DNA from: an uncultured virus (IMG/VR IMGVR_UViG_3300030095_006218)
Taxonomy: Duplodnaviria; Heunggongvirae; Uroviricota; Caudoviricetes
Virus record (IMG/VR): IMGVR_UViG_3300030095_006218
Direction: 5' to 3' (one strand)
DNA length: 64,000 nt
The notes below the pieces were generated by a model that saw only the letters and a list, made by a program, of their open reading frames with translations, did no database searches and was not told where the DNA came from. Positions 49,297 to 59,155 of this stretch are shown piece after piece. Position numbers and translations under genes: made by a program. Within the stretch, counting starts at the first letter, position 1; each line of letters starts with the position of its first letter.

Positions 49297-49833
49297 TTAA
49301 TCTGATTCATAGCCGTAGCCCGGAATAGAATGACCAACTTCCAACAAGCCGGCAGAGCCACCTGAGAATCTGGCGCCATCCAGCGTGAAGGCTGAGTCAA
49401 TATTCGGGTCGGTGTAGCCGAGTCCGGTGTCAATCATAAATTCTCCACCACTGCTAACAGATAGTCCTATACTGCTTGGCGCGGAGTTAAGGGCTGGTAT
49501 TGAGTATTTAATTTGAATCCCTAAATAATTCTCGTCTAAACTAATGTCCGGATCTGTTCGTGATGATGCGAACAAGACCTCAGAAATTGATATGTATGGC
49601 AAATATATTGCAACTTGACGATAGATTTCGCTTCTTATTGAGTTTTCAATTCCCTCATTAATATTTTCGAACAATACATGCCTTATGCCAACACCAAAAT
49701 CTATGTCCATTGTTCTTTCGCCCGGATTTGTAAGCAAAAGAACTATCAAATTTTGTACTGCTATCTGCTCATAAGACTCAAGCAATCCCAATCCTGTGTC
49801 TCCGGCTCTATATATGGGCCATTTTATTGCCAT
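49297..49833 (-). CDS. Baseplate protein gp25-like (sheath initiator)
   Basis: QNL..LLLTNPGER.MD..FGVGI...LFE.....I...I..Q...YLPYI. Confidence 0.88.
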   Translation of the reverse strand: MAIKWPIYRAGDTGLGLLESYEQIAVQNLIVLLLTNPGERTMDIDFGVGIRHVLFENINEGIENSIRSEIYRQVAIYLPYISISEVLFASSRTDPDISLDENYLGIQIKYSIPALNSAPSSIGLSVSSGGEFMIDTGLGYTDPNIDSAFTLDGARFSGGSAGLLEVGHSIPGYGYESD

Positions 49834-49847
49834 TTATTGTCTACCCC

Positions 49848-52800
49848 CTATTCATCACAGCCGCCGCCGTCTTTGTTGAAAGGCCTCTTGCGAAGGAATA
49901 ATTTGTCCCACCAGCTTAATTCGTCCAGATCTGCTCCGGTACCGGGGAACATCTTATGCCAAAGTTGTCGGCCACCACTGTTGTAACTAGGTTCTTCGAA
50001 AGTAAAATCATCCGATTTATACGTGCCCATAAAAACTCTTCTACACTGCGCGATGGCATTTGGAAACGAGCGCCTGTTCCATTCTTCAAAAGATTTATCA
50101 CCCCAAAAGAACTGATCTCTGACTCGATCTTTAGGTTCTTTCCAGCCATCATCTTCACCAATTGACGCCATCCAGTTATAAGAACAATACATTGTTAAGA
50201 GCGACAGCATTCTGGGGATTGGTATACAATAGTCGAACACCAGTTTAAAGTCGGTCTCTTCAATCAATTTGTCCACCATGCAGTACATATCGTATCCGTA
50301 TTCCTCATCGTTTATATCAAATTCATCGAGCCTATGATCTACAATAACATCTTCAGTTGTTGCAAGAGGGATTATGTATCTTGCATTTTCGTGTTTATGT
50401 TCAACTTCATGTGTAAGAAATGTCTCTGTTTGGGGTGAGTACATATTCGGAGTAGTATAATATTCATGACCATATGGGCGATTATTTTCATCTGGTGGTG
50501 GTGTTGGCACAGTGTGCATGGTTGCTCCCTTTGGCGCAGCTAGTCCAAAAGCCTTGAAGTGCTCAGCTGCTTCAGCAAGCACATCTTCATCACCTTCTAA
50601 TACAAAATCCTCTGGAGGTACATAAGACAGGCGCAAACCATACTTCCAGCCGGCATCGCCAGTTAATGATTGATCACCTTCTTCATCGCGCTCAACAGAT
50701 TGTGTGCCCCAAAGTTCAGATATATATTTGGAACCGAGACTTGGATCTGTCTGAATTAATCTTCTTATATAGCGCGACCATTCATCTAAACTCACAACAC
50801 CATATAAGTGACCATCCCTTTCCACAACTGACTGTCGCAATGGTGAAGTGGTAAGCGGATCTTGAGGCTTTTCTTTAATTAATATATATTTCTCTAAAAT
50901 AAATTGACCTTTTTCAAATTTTGATGTTTTAGCCCAATCGAGACCGGGTAGCGCAACATTAATAAAATCGTCCTCTACCAACATTTCTTTAAAATCATCA
51001 AGCGGATTATCATCAGCAGTAGCGGCCACACTAAGCGTGTCTCCCGGGAAAGGAAGCTTCTCACCTTCAACCGTAGGCAAGTCTACCTTAAGGGTACTGC
51101 CTTGACACCAACCGCTGGTACCTAAGAAGTATTTCTTTAGGTTGCTAACTTGTGGTCGCGGTTTTAACGTATCAGCTATTATTTGACCCATTGTTTCCAA
51201 CTCGCTCTCAATGACATATCTAGCGATGAGTTTTGCGTCACGTTCATGCTTAGCAATAAATTTGAGCTTTTTGTCGAATTGATACTTTCCGTCACCATAA
51301 AACAGGTTCTCAAACCAGTTAATATGGCCATCGCTGCCAACAGCGAAGCCCGGGCTCAAAGGTTTCGGAGGATTATGACGGCGTTTTTTGCCGCTTGTAA
51401 ACGGCCAGCTTAATTGTGGATCGTCCTCATCAAATGGGTATTTATATGCTTTTTGTGCTTCGCGGATTCTACTCATTGCCGCTTCAGCATCTGCTGGAAC
51501 TTCTTCGATATCACCCAATTTGACGCGGCGACTATATATCTGTACGCACTGTTCCAGAAATAGCCACCTAAACTCATAGTCACTTTCTCCATCTTCATCG
51601 TATCTAGTGATTTTCTGTACGACTTGTTGAATTAAATACGCCAAAAGAGAATCATCGTATACTTCTGGAAATTTAGCTTCAAATTTGGTAAAGAACGGTA
51701 GCGATTCCAGCATGATTTTTGCAATGACAACTCTAATTGTGGCCATCACAATTCCCTCTAGTTGTGCATGGCTACCTTTGTTAAGAATTCTGTGAAATGG
51801 AATTTCTTTAACACATTGCGGATCAAAATTAAGTCGAGGATCCTCTTTGATTCTGCTTCGTACTTCACTAACATGATCTTTAATATCACCTAGGCGTACT
51901 AGCATTTCTCTTTTTGGATCGCAACCATCTAATTCTGGAATCAAAGAGTCTGTAATTCCAAGCCAGCCCGGGCGAGTACGAGGCTCGACATAGACTGGTG
52001 GTCGTTCTTCTGTGCCTCCATATATTTCCGGATCTAGAAAATGCACGCGCGGATGTTTTGGTTTGTGGTCAGGATCCAAATGATGAGACTTAATTTTCTT
52101 TGTATTATAGCGATATCCGAAATCAAAGGCACTAGAGTCTGTATCGCCGGCAGCGGCTTCTCCAACGAGCATCGCAATTCTTTCATTAATATTATCAAAT
52201 ATATCTGTTCTAAACTTTTCTACATTTGTACGTAGATCTTCTTCGGACATTCCCGGCATGGCCTTGCTCAACACGCTTCTCATATGTTCGCCAAAGACAT
52301 GTGCCTGCGGAGAAACTGTCAAACTAGTACCTAACGGTGGTAGATAACCATTGTTATCAATTACATCTTGTACATCTCGCGGGGTTCTTGTAATTCCCGT
52401 AACGTCCAGCACTTCTGAACGGCGTACACCGCTGCCGCCTTCTCCGGGTTCCCAATCTTCAGGGTGGCGTGGAGGCGGACGTTGCTTGGCGCCGAGGTTG
52501 TTAAGGCGTAAAAATCTTATTCTATATTCATTTTCTCTAGAAATCTCACCATCATATTTTCTAAAATGCAAATATTCTATTTCCATTCCAATCTTCCATC
52601 CGCCGTTTCCACCGTTATTGTCTTTATATTCAAATATGGCATCTGGTTTCTTGGGATCGCCGGCAGTCGTTGATTTAAACTTAACTCTCAGGTTCTTCAA
52701 TTCATTTTGCATATGCTTAGCAACTGTCTTGGGAAAATGGCCTTGGCTTTCGTCTGGGAATCCAAACCATGCCGTCCAAGATTCTCTTGGGCCGTGAGCC

Positions 52801-55800
52801 CAACCAGTAGGCCAAATTGAGTTGGCGGTTTGGTGATGTCGATACCATGGAGCGCCGTGCGTATCCGACAAGACCATACTTAGATATCCTGATGGTCCTA
52901 CCAGATCGAGCACAAATGCCTGCTCAATACTTTCAAAAATAGTACCGTCTGCAGATGACATAATAGCTTGTGCGGGTGCCGAGTTTCTAAATTGATCTAA
53001 CAAGCCGGGTTTACAGTCAGTCCCTTCTAATTCTTTTTGCACAGCTCTTCGAAGCAATTCATTTGGGCCTAATTGTTGAATTTTTGCCAAGTCTCCCAGA
53101 TCATCAATTGCTCTATTTTGCATACCTCTAAACTGCTCATCAATTTCTTCGGGAGTTGCTCTGCCAGCCATAATTTGTTTGCGCGCATCGGCAAATTCTT
53201 CTAGTGCAGCGGGAGTCGCACACATGGAAGAGTTTAATGGCAAATCTAAGAAATCCAAATCAGGTCTCACTTCTGCGTTAAGTTTTGCTCTAATTTGAGG
53301 GGGAATCATAGCACCCATGGCAGAGAACAGATCATGCACGCGCTCGGGATGGTCAAACACTGCTGCAAATTCTGGATTTTCATATCTAATAGCTTCGTGA
53401 ACCATACTAGCAGTTGCGTCGGTAGCATCGCCGTTTAGTAAGGCTATTGTTTCTCCGCGGGTCAAAGTAAGACCCAAAGTTTCAATAAGTTGCTTGGTCG
53501 CCTCATCAGTATTCATTGAACGTGCTGTATCAATATCAATGGCTGTTCGACCTTCGCGTGGAGTGCCTTGAGCCCCACTGGGTGAGCCCTGTTGGCCAGC
53601 GACAGGTGAAGGCAGGATTCCAAAAGCTCCGAATGCTTGTGTAATCGCGTCATCCAGCTGTTCTTTTGGCAAGTCTGAACCGCAAAATGTATCGCCCCAA
53701 ACGCCGGCAAAATCGCTTTCCGCACCAACCATTGCCTTTCCAAGCTCCGCCGCATATCTTCCTGTCAATTCGAGCAACTTGCAAAGCGCATCGAGAATAA
53801 TTCGAATAATCGTTACCAATATCATCACAAGGATTCTAACAATCAACTCTTTAAGAATTCTCTTAATAACTGCTACTAAGATTGCCCAAATATCTGGAAA
53901 CGGGAAACTTGATAATCTTGGAAGAGCTAGTCTATAATTTCCATTACAAAAATCAAGCTCTAGAGTTTTCATGAAGTCAAATAGCCCGGGTTCAAACAGT
54001 GGCGGATAAGGGCAGTCGAACATTTCAATAATTCCAGCAATAATCTCTGCGCCGGGGAACTTGTTTAACTCCGCTAACAATGCTTCAGCGCCGACAACAT
54101 CCAGCAAGGCTGAAAGATATGCTTCCATGATCACAGCTTGCACGTCACCCATGGCGGCACCAATTGTGCCTTGTGCTTCACCATCATCTAATTGGCCGCG
54201 GCGTTGGTTATTATCATCTGTGGATTCTGGTGGTGGCTTGCCTTCCTCTTCTTCGTATTTCTTACCGGCGGCAATTGCTGCGTTGTCTGGATATCCAGAA
54301 TTTCCGGGCTGATATTGGGCTTCCCATGGCATGGGCATGCCAGCAAATCTTTGATTAATATAGGCTTTAATTTCTTGTTGTTTGTCTGGTGGCAGACCTA
54401 TAAACAGTTCTTCTAGATTATCTATTCCCATAGCATTGAGTGCTGCTTCAACCATTGTCATCATTGCGTCTTCAAGGGGTATACCTGCCATCAGACATCT
54501 TAAAGCACGCATAAGAAGTGCTATCAATCCGCAGACGGTCATCTTTTCAAGCAACTCTTCCCAAAGCACTTCCATAGCTTCGTCGGCGTTTCCTGTTAAC
54601 AGAATCTCTTCTAATATTTCGGCAATATGTGACATGAGCCAGTCGTCTGTCAAATATTCATCAAAAGCGGCCTCAACTGCAGATTGATATAAATCGTCAG
54701 GGACAACATCGCCCCAGCCCAATGCCTCATTGCGATCTTCAATACCCTCGACGGCCATGCACAATTGCTGATTAAACCTATCCGCAATCATATCCGGTAG
54801 ACTACATACTTCATCCATGATGGCGTCAGGAAGGTTTGCTAAATCATCAAAAATTCCCGGCTCAGTACACGACTCGTCATAAGATGATTCTTTAGAGTTG
54901 CTAGCATTAGGATCGGTGCCGTAATTAATGTCTGGCTGTGGATAAATAAACTTTTGTACAAATTCTAGCCATGGCATCATAGAGCGAGCAGTTACTGCCC
55001 TGTCTATTTCATGAATGTTTGCGACCATGGCACATACCATTTTATCGCTAACTCCTTTAGATCTTAAAAATTTAGCTTTTCGTTTTCTTAGAGTCCTCCA
55101 TCCACAACCAGCCTGCTTACACTTGACATATTTAATGGTAAAATCGTCTTCAAACCCTATCTTAATTTTATAAGGATTTTTCTCTCCTGTGAATATACCC
55201 GTACCATACCACGACCAATCATTGTCGTCTGCAAACTCGGCCAGTGCTTTCCTAAATTTTCTTACTCGGGTTGCGAGTTTACCTAAATACAACTTTTCAG
55301 CGCTGTCTTTTTTGTAAACTTGTCCACCGCCGGATCCGGATTTATATTGTTGGTGCCAATATGCTTGGTGGCCCGCGAAAACATCTAGTGATTTATGCAA
55401 GCGGCCGAACATGGCGTTGGAGTCACTAAGTAAAAATATGACTTTCTTGCCGGGTTCTTCTTCTTCTGGCCTTACAGAATCGGGGATCTGATCAAAATTG
55501 TAAGCTGTTACGACATAAAGAATTCTAATGCGGCCAAGCTCTTTGGACGGAAGGTACCAGCCACGATCACTTTTGCCGGCACTGGTGACCCTGCCGCCGG
55601 CGCCAAGAAGCGGGTTTGTGTCCGGAGGGCCGTGCAAAACTGGGGCACCTTCGCATATCATTTTTATGGCCTCAACAGCGTCATCGGTTTCTTTTTTGTC
55701 ATAAACGCGGAAAAGCATACGAACAGCGTGCTCTCTATATTTTTCAATAAGTGCTTCTAGTGTTCCCTCTGACGTACCTTCTGACGTACCCTTCTCATCG

Positions 55801-56192
55801 CATGTAATTGTAATCCAATATTGACACACCTTTTCATGAAGAAAGGGTTCATCTTCGCCAAGCTTTGTCCAGTCTGGAGCTATAAAGTCATCGTTTGGAT
55901 CACACGGAGGACACGGTTCTGGCTCTTCTTGTAAACTTAGAGGGCCGCATTCGGTTTCTTCGGCTTGCAGTCTAGCAATATCTTCAACAGTGGCATCGTC
56001 TGCCGCGGCGCTAGATTCAGAAGTGCCGGCGATTTCCGGAGTTGGACTCTCTGGATCCGGTGCCGTTTGACTAGACGGCTCGGGAGTCGACTCATCGGAC
56101 TTTACTTGATCTGGTGATGTGGGGTTGGTTGGAGTTCCTGAAACTCTCTCTGGGGATCCCGAGGATCCTTCTTCGTCGTCAAATTCTGCCAT
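49848..56192 (-). CDS. Very large acidic hypothetical virion protein
   Basis: 2114-aa ORF between the spike-like and gp25-like genes, with internal hydrophobic helices. Confidence 0.75.
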   Translation of the reverse strand: MAEFDDEEGSSGSPERVSGTPTNPTSPDQVKSDESTPEPSSQTAPDPESPTPEIAGTSESSAAADDATVEDIARLQAEETECGPLSLQEEPEPCPPCDPNDDFIAPDWTKLGEDEPFLHEKVCQYWITITCDEKGTSEGTSEGTLEALIEKYREHAVRMLFRVYDKKETDDAVEAIKMICEGAPVLHGPPDTNPLLGAGGRVTSAGKSDRGWYLPSKELGRIRILYVVTAYNFDQIPDSVRPEEEEPGKKVIFLLSDSNAMFGRLHKSLDVFAGHQAYWHQQYKSGSGGGQVYKKDSAEKLYLGKLATRVRKFRKALAEFADDNDWSWYGTGIFTGEKNPYKIKIGFEDDFTIKYVKCKQAGCGWRTLRKRKAKFLRSKGVSDKMVCAMVANIHEIDRAVTARSMMPWLEFVQKFIYPQPDINYGTDPNASNSKESSYDESCTEPGIFDDLANLPDAIMDEVCSLPDMIADRFNQQLCMAVEGIEDRNEALGWGDVVPDDLYQSAVEAAFDEYLTDDWLMSHIAEILEEILLTGNADEAMEVLWEELLEKMTVCGLIALLMRALRCLMAGIPLEDAMMTMVEAALNAMGIDNLEELFIGLPPDKQQEIKAYINQRFAGMPMPWEAQYQPGNSGYPDNAAIAAGKKYEEEEGKPPPESTDDNNQRRGQLDDGEAQGTIGAAMGDVQAVIMEAYLSALLDVVGAEALLAELNKFPGAEIIAGIIEMFDCPYPPLFEPGLFDFMKTLELDFCNGNYRLALPRLSSFPFPDIWAILVAVIKRILKELIVRILVMILVTIIRIILDALCKLLELTGRYAAELGKAMVGAESDFAGVWGDTFCGSDLPKEQLDDAITQAFGAFGILPSPVAGQQGSPSGAQGTPREGRTAIDIDTARSMNTDEATKQLIETLGLTLTRGETIALLNGDATDATASMVHEAIRYENPEFAAVFDHPERVHDLFSAMGAMIPPQIRAKLNAEVRPDLDFLDLPLNSSMCATPAALEEFADARKQIMAGRATPEEIDEQFRGMQNRAIDDLGDLAKIQQLGPNELLRRAVQKELEGTDCKPGLLDQFRNSAPAQAIMSSADGTIFESIEQAFVLDLVGPSGYLSMVLSDTHGAPWYRHHQTANSIWPTGWAHGPRESWTAWFGFPDESQGHFPKTVAKHMQNELKNLRVKFKSTTAGDPKKPDAIFEYKDNNGGNGGWKIGMEIEYLHFRKYDGEISRENEYRIRFLRLNNLGAKQRPPPRHPEDWEPGEGGSGVRRSEVLDVTGITRTPRDVQDVIDNNGYLPPLGTSLTVSPQAHVFGEHMRSVLSKAMPGMSEEDLRTNVEKFRTDIFDNINERIAMLVGEAAAGDTDSSAFDFGYRYNTKKIKSHHLDPDHKPKHPRVHFLDPEIYGGTEERPPVYVEPRTRPGWLGITDSLIPELDGCDPKREMLVRLGDIKDHVSEVRSRIKEDPRLNFDPQCVKEIPFHRILNKGSHAQLEGIVMATIRVVIAKIMLESLPFFTKFEAKFPEVYDDSLLAYLIQQVVQKITRYDEDGESDYEFRWLFLEQCVQIYSRRVKLGDIEEVPADAEAAMSRIREAQKAYKYPFDEDDPQLSWPFTSGKKRRHNPPKPLSPGFAVGSDGHINWFENLFYGDGKYQFDKKLKFIAKHERDAKLIARYVIESELETMGQIIADTLKPRPQVSNLKKYFLGTSGWCQGSTLKVDLPTVEGEKLPFPGDTLSVAATADDNPLDDFKEMLVEDDFINVALPGLDWAKTSKFEKGQFILEKYILIKEKPQDPLTTSPLRQSVVERDGHLYGVVSLDEWSRYIRRLIQTDPSLGSKYISELWGTQSVERDEEGDQSLTGDAGWKYGLRLSYVPPEDFVLEGDEDVLAEAAEHFKAFGLAAPKGATMHTVPTPPPDENNRPYGHEYYTTPNMYSPQTETFLTHEVEHKHENARYIIPLATTEDVIVDHRLDEFDINDEEYGYDMYCMVDKLIEETDFKLVFDYCIPIPRMLSLLTMYCSYNWMASIGEDDGWKEPKDRVRDQFFWGDKSFEEWNRRSFPNAIAQCRRVFMGTYKSDDFTFEEPSYNSGGRQLWHKMFPGTGADLDELSWWDKLFLRKRPFNKDGGGCDE

Positions 56193-56203
56193 TGTATTAT
56201 TCT

Positions 56204-57421
56204 TTAATTAGTCTTGTTAAACGCACTGCAAATCCAGTGGTTCCCAGACGGCTCCAAATAGTTTAGAGCCCAAAAGCCTCCCTTAATTAATTGGTCAATA
56301 AGTGGGAACCCAACTTTGGTCATCAAGAAAGAACATTCTGCCGGGACGACAAGCTGATCTGGTGCCGGGATAGTTGGGCCACCCATGTTTGTGTGGATAT
56401 GTATAGTAAAGTGAAACTGCAACAATATTACTATATAGGTAAGCCATATAAGTGCAATATTTTGATCTTGTAAGTTGGTCTGTAACTCGCGCAGGCCATT
56501 AACTAGGTGATTTCCTTTTACAATTGGCTGTAATTTCTTTTGAGTATAAAACAGCTTGTCTGCAGAAAAGTGCCATTCTCTCATATCATTATTTCCGCCA
56601 ATCAATTCTACACCTTGAATTGTCTCATTTGAGCCGCCGGCAGATAGGCGCTCGCCGCCGAAGCCGGCGCCTTTAAGTCCGTCAAACCCTCCAGTGACTA
56701 GCTTGATAGAGCCACGTGCGCGGAATCTAATTTCGTCTGCGTTGCCCCACAGCGATGAGCGCCATGCTGCTTTTCCGGCCGAACCGTCAACAATTCCACA
56801 ATCATTGTCAGGTCTGCTTTTTTGACTAACTACAAATTGTGCCGCTGTTGAAGCGGGACTTGCGCCCATCTGAATATATTTTTTCTTACTGCGCTTAAGG
56901 CCAAACCAAGTTTTCTTACCAAGAACATTTGATCCTAAGCCGGCTATTAGACGAAGCTCTGCGCTGTCAGTGTAACCACGCCCACCAGAACCATCTGTTG
57001 GAGCGCCGAAGCCGCGGCCTCGTCCCATGACTATAAATGCGCCGGAACGAGATCTGACCCACTCATTCGGGGCTCTGTCATACTTAATAGTCTGCTCATC
57101 AATCGCCTTACTGCCGATGCCGGCAGTCCACACTTCTTCGTCTTTTATATTACCTTCAGCGTCAGGTGTACCAGCAGGGGGCCATTCTTGGGATCTAATG
57201 GCGCCGGTGAGTGTGGCGTCCTTAAGTACCTGCTCCGCGTCCATGGCCATATTGCCATCGAGCATATCTTTCTGAACAGCCTCATTCCACTTTTTTTGAC
57301 CACTTGATGTGTCAGTTTCTGGGGGTGGTTGTCCGTCGTAAATTTTCTCTTCTGTGGTGCGCATTACCTGCGGCTTAGTATCTCCTGATAGCGCTCCACC
57401 TTTTGCTTTCTTCTTAGGCAC
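56204..57421 (-). CDS. Putative baseplate spike C-terminal-type protein
   Basis: GTG start with AGGAG SD. Contains 'NADEIRFRARGSIKLV', 'QPIVKGNHL' and a tip-like HxH motif (HIHTNMGGPT). Confidence 0.5.
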   Translation of the reverse strand: MPKKKAKGGALSGDTKPQVMRTTEEKIYDGQPPPETDTSSGQKKWNEAVQKDMLDGNMAMDAEQVLKDATLTGAIRSQEWPPAGTPDAEGNIKDEEVWTAGIGSKAIDEQTIKYDRAPNEWVRSRSGAFIVMGRGRGFGAPTDGSGGRGYTDSAELRLIAGLGSNVLGKKTWFGLKRSKKKYIQMGASPASTAAQFVVSQKSRPDNDCGIVDGSAGKAAWRSSLWGNADEIRFRARGSIKLVTGGFDGLKGAGFGGERLSAGGSNETIQGVELIGGNNDMREWHFSADKLFYTQKKLQPIVKGNHLVNGLRELQTNLQDQNIALIWLTYIVILLQFHFTIHIHTNMGGPTIPAPDQLVVPAECSFLMTKVGFPLIDQLIKGGFWALNYLEPSGNHWICSAFNKTN

Positions 57422-57440
57422 AATCTCTCCTGATTCTCAT

Positions 57441-58871
57441 TTAGTTTCCCCCTTTGGCTTTCCACAAAGCTGCCGGCCAAGTTTTTCTTGCCTTGCCCAT
57501 TGCTTTATTCAAATAGTCTGCCGGCGTTGAGATACCGGGGTTACTACCTTCAATGCCGGCGTTTTCTGCTTTGTTTTTCCCGAATGGTTCGTTTTGATCT
57601 TGGTTCATAGCTGCCGGATAAAACACACTCATCATCAACTCTTGGGTTGACAACATGTCAGTCGAAGCATCGACTGGATCACGGCGTTTGGTGTTTTTGT
57701 TCAGATATTTTTTTGCCCATTCCCATTGTTCTTCCAATGTCATACCGTGCAGCTTTTTTATGGCTTCCGCGCGGGTGCCAGCGATACCATTACTAACAGC
57801 TGTATCAGGCATCCATTGGATAATCCCTGTCGCACACTCGTACAATCCATCGCCATGGTTTCCACCAGTGGTGCCTTCGATATATGCGCCCGGCATTGCT
57901 GAACCGAAATTGATAGTGGTGCCGGCTGTGTATGGACCAACATCAGTTGAAAACGTATGCGTTGAATTTCGTGCTTCGCCCAACGTTGGTAAAGGATCCA
58001 CGTTTAATCCCAGGTCCTTCATGGCCTTGTTCTCTTCTGCCATGTATCGATATTTTTGACCTGCTTCTGTGCAACCGCGGTTTTGAACTTTAGGATCGTG
58101 TTTGGAATTTTCCATTTTTAATAAGCTCACCAAATCAGCTGTATTAATTTTTCGCTCGTCGGCCCACTTAAACATATCATCTGCAATTGAGGCCAACCGC
58201 GGAAAATGAAGTTTGATCTCATCAGCAGTCAGAGGTGTGAGACCTGAGTTGAATAAGCCTCCAAGTGTGCGGCCATTGGCGCCCTTGAACCACATGACTG
58301 CATCTTTGCAAGTCATTCTTCCACGGAAATGATTTGGGCCGCGGACGGCAACACCATGAAGTATTCCTCCAATCATTCTACCTTCATCTGGACCTTTCTC
58401 CCAAGAAACCCACACAACATCGCCAATCTTTGGTTTTTGTTGGTCCGCGCCGGAATCAAGACTATACTCACCAATAAACCATGGATGCATTTGTTCATAC
58501 TTGCGAATCGATGATTGCATGTTGCTATAATCTTTACCAACGACACATGGATCTGGAAGCGCGGCATGTAACTCTGGTACGCGGACTCTTGCACAAACCC
58601 ACTTTGGCTGCTGTGCAGCGGTGCTACTGGCGCCTGTATGGTTTGGCAAAGCAACTCCGCCGGCTGCTGTCTTGGGGTACGTTTGTATAACTATGCCCCG
58701 ATATTTCTTAATTCCTTTAAGTACATTAGGTTGAAAGAAAGATTTTATTGCTTCCCAAACATATTGAATTGAACCTTTATGACTAGCTAAATCATCGTCA
58801 TCAACTACCGTCATTTGGCCAGAATCTTGTAAAGTGTTCAGAGTAGCAAAAAGTTGATCTTCCGCAGCCAT
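57441..58871 (-). CDS. gp5-like OB-fold fused to a lytic transglycosylase (SLT/lysozyme-like) domain
   Basis: OB-like 'ARVRVPELH...PKIGDVVWVSW'. SLT-like 'L..LLKMENS..DP..QN...ATGIIQWMPDTA...MTLEEQ......YL...VFYPAA'. Confidence 0.65.
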   Translation of the reverse strand: MAAEDQLFATLNTLQDSGQMTVVDDDDLASHKGSIQYVWEAIKSFFQPNVLKGIKKYRGIVIQTYPKTAAGGVALPNHTGASSTAAQQPKWVCARVRVPELHAALPDPCVVGKDYSNMQSSIRKYEQMHPWFIGEYSLDSGADQQKPKIGDVVWVSWEKGPDEGRMIGGILHGVAVRGPNHFRGRMTCKDAVMWFKGANGRTLGGLFNSGLTPLTADEIKLHFPRLASIADDMFKWADERKINTADLVSLLKMENSKHDPKVQNRGCTEAGQKYRYMAEENKAMKDLGLNVDPLPTLGEARNSTHTFSTDVGPYTAGTTINFGSAMPGAYIEGTTGGNHGDGLYECATGIIQWMPDTAVSNGIAGTRAEAIKKLHGMTLEEQWEWAKKYLNKNTKRRDPVDASTDMLSTQELMMSVFYPAAMNQDQNEPFGKNKAENAGIEGSNPGISTPADYLNKAMGKARKTWPAALWKAKGGN

Positions 58872-59155
58872 TATGCGTCTCCTTTCAGAATTTCATATAT
58901 TTCTTCTTTGTCGACTTTTGTTAGGCCAGTATCTCCAGCTTTTTTACTCATCAAACCAGCAACTTTAACTAACTGTTCGTTTGAACGCTGTAATGTTTCA
59001 ACGTATTTGGCCGCAATCGAGCCCACTTCGCCATGGCGCTTTTCATCTTTTGCCATATACTGCACAACATCGTCAAGAAGTTCTTTGGTGATTTCTCGAT
59101 CGTTTCTTATATTGCCTACGGCTTCATGTAAAAATTTTTCTAACTTGTCGCTCAT
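58871..59155 (-). CDS. Hypothetical helical protein
   Basis: 94 aa, translationally coupled on both sides. Confidence 0.7.
   Translation of the reverse strand: MSDKLEKFLHEAVGNIRNDREITKELLDDVVQYMAKDEKRHGEVGSIAAKYVETLQRSNEQLVKVAGLMSKKAGDTGLTKVDKEEIYEILKGDA

Noticed and set aside
55765..55793. 12-bp tandem repeat encoding GTSE-GTSE-GTLE
   Set aside because: A small in-frame slippage duplication with no further signal.
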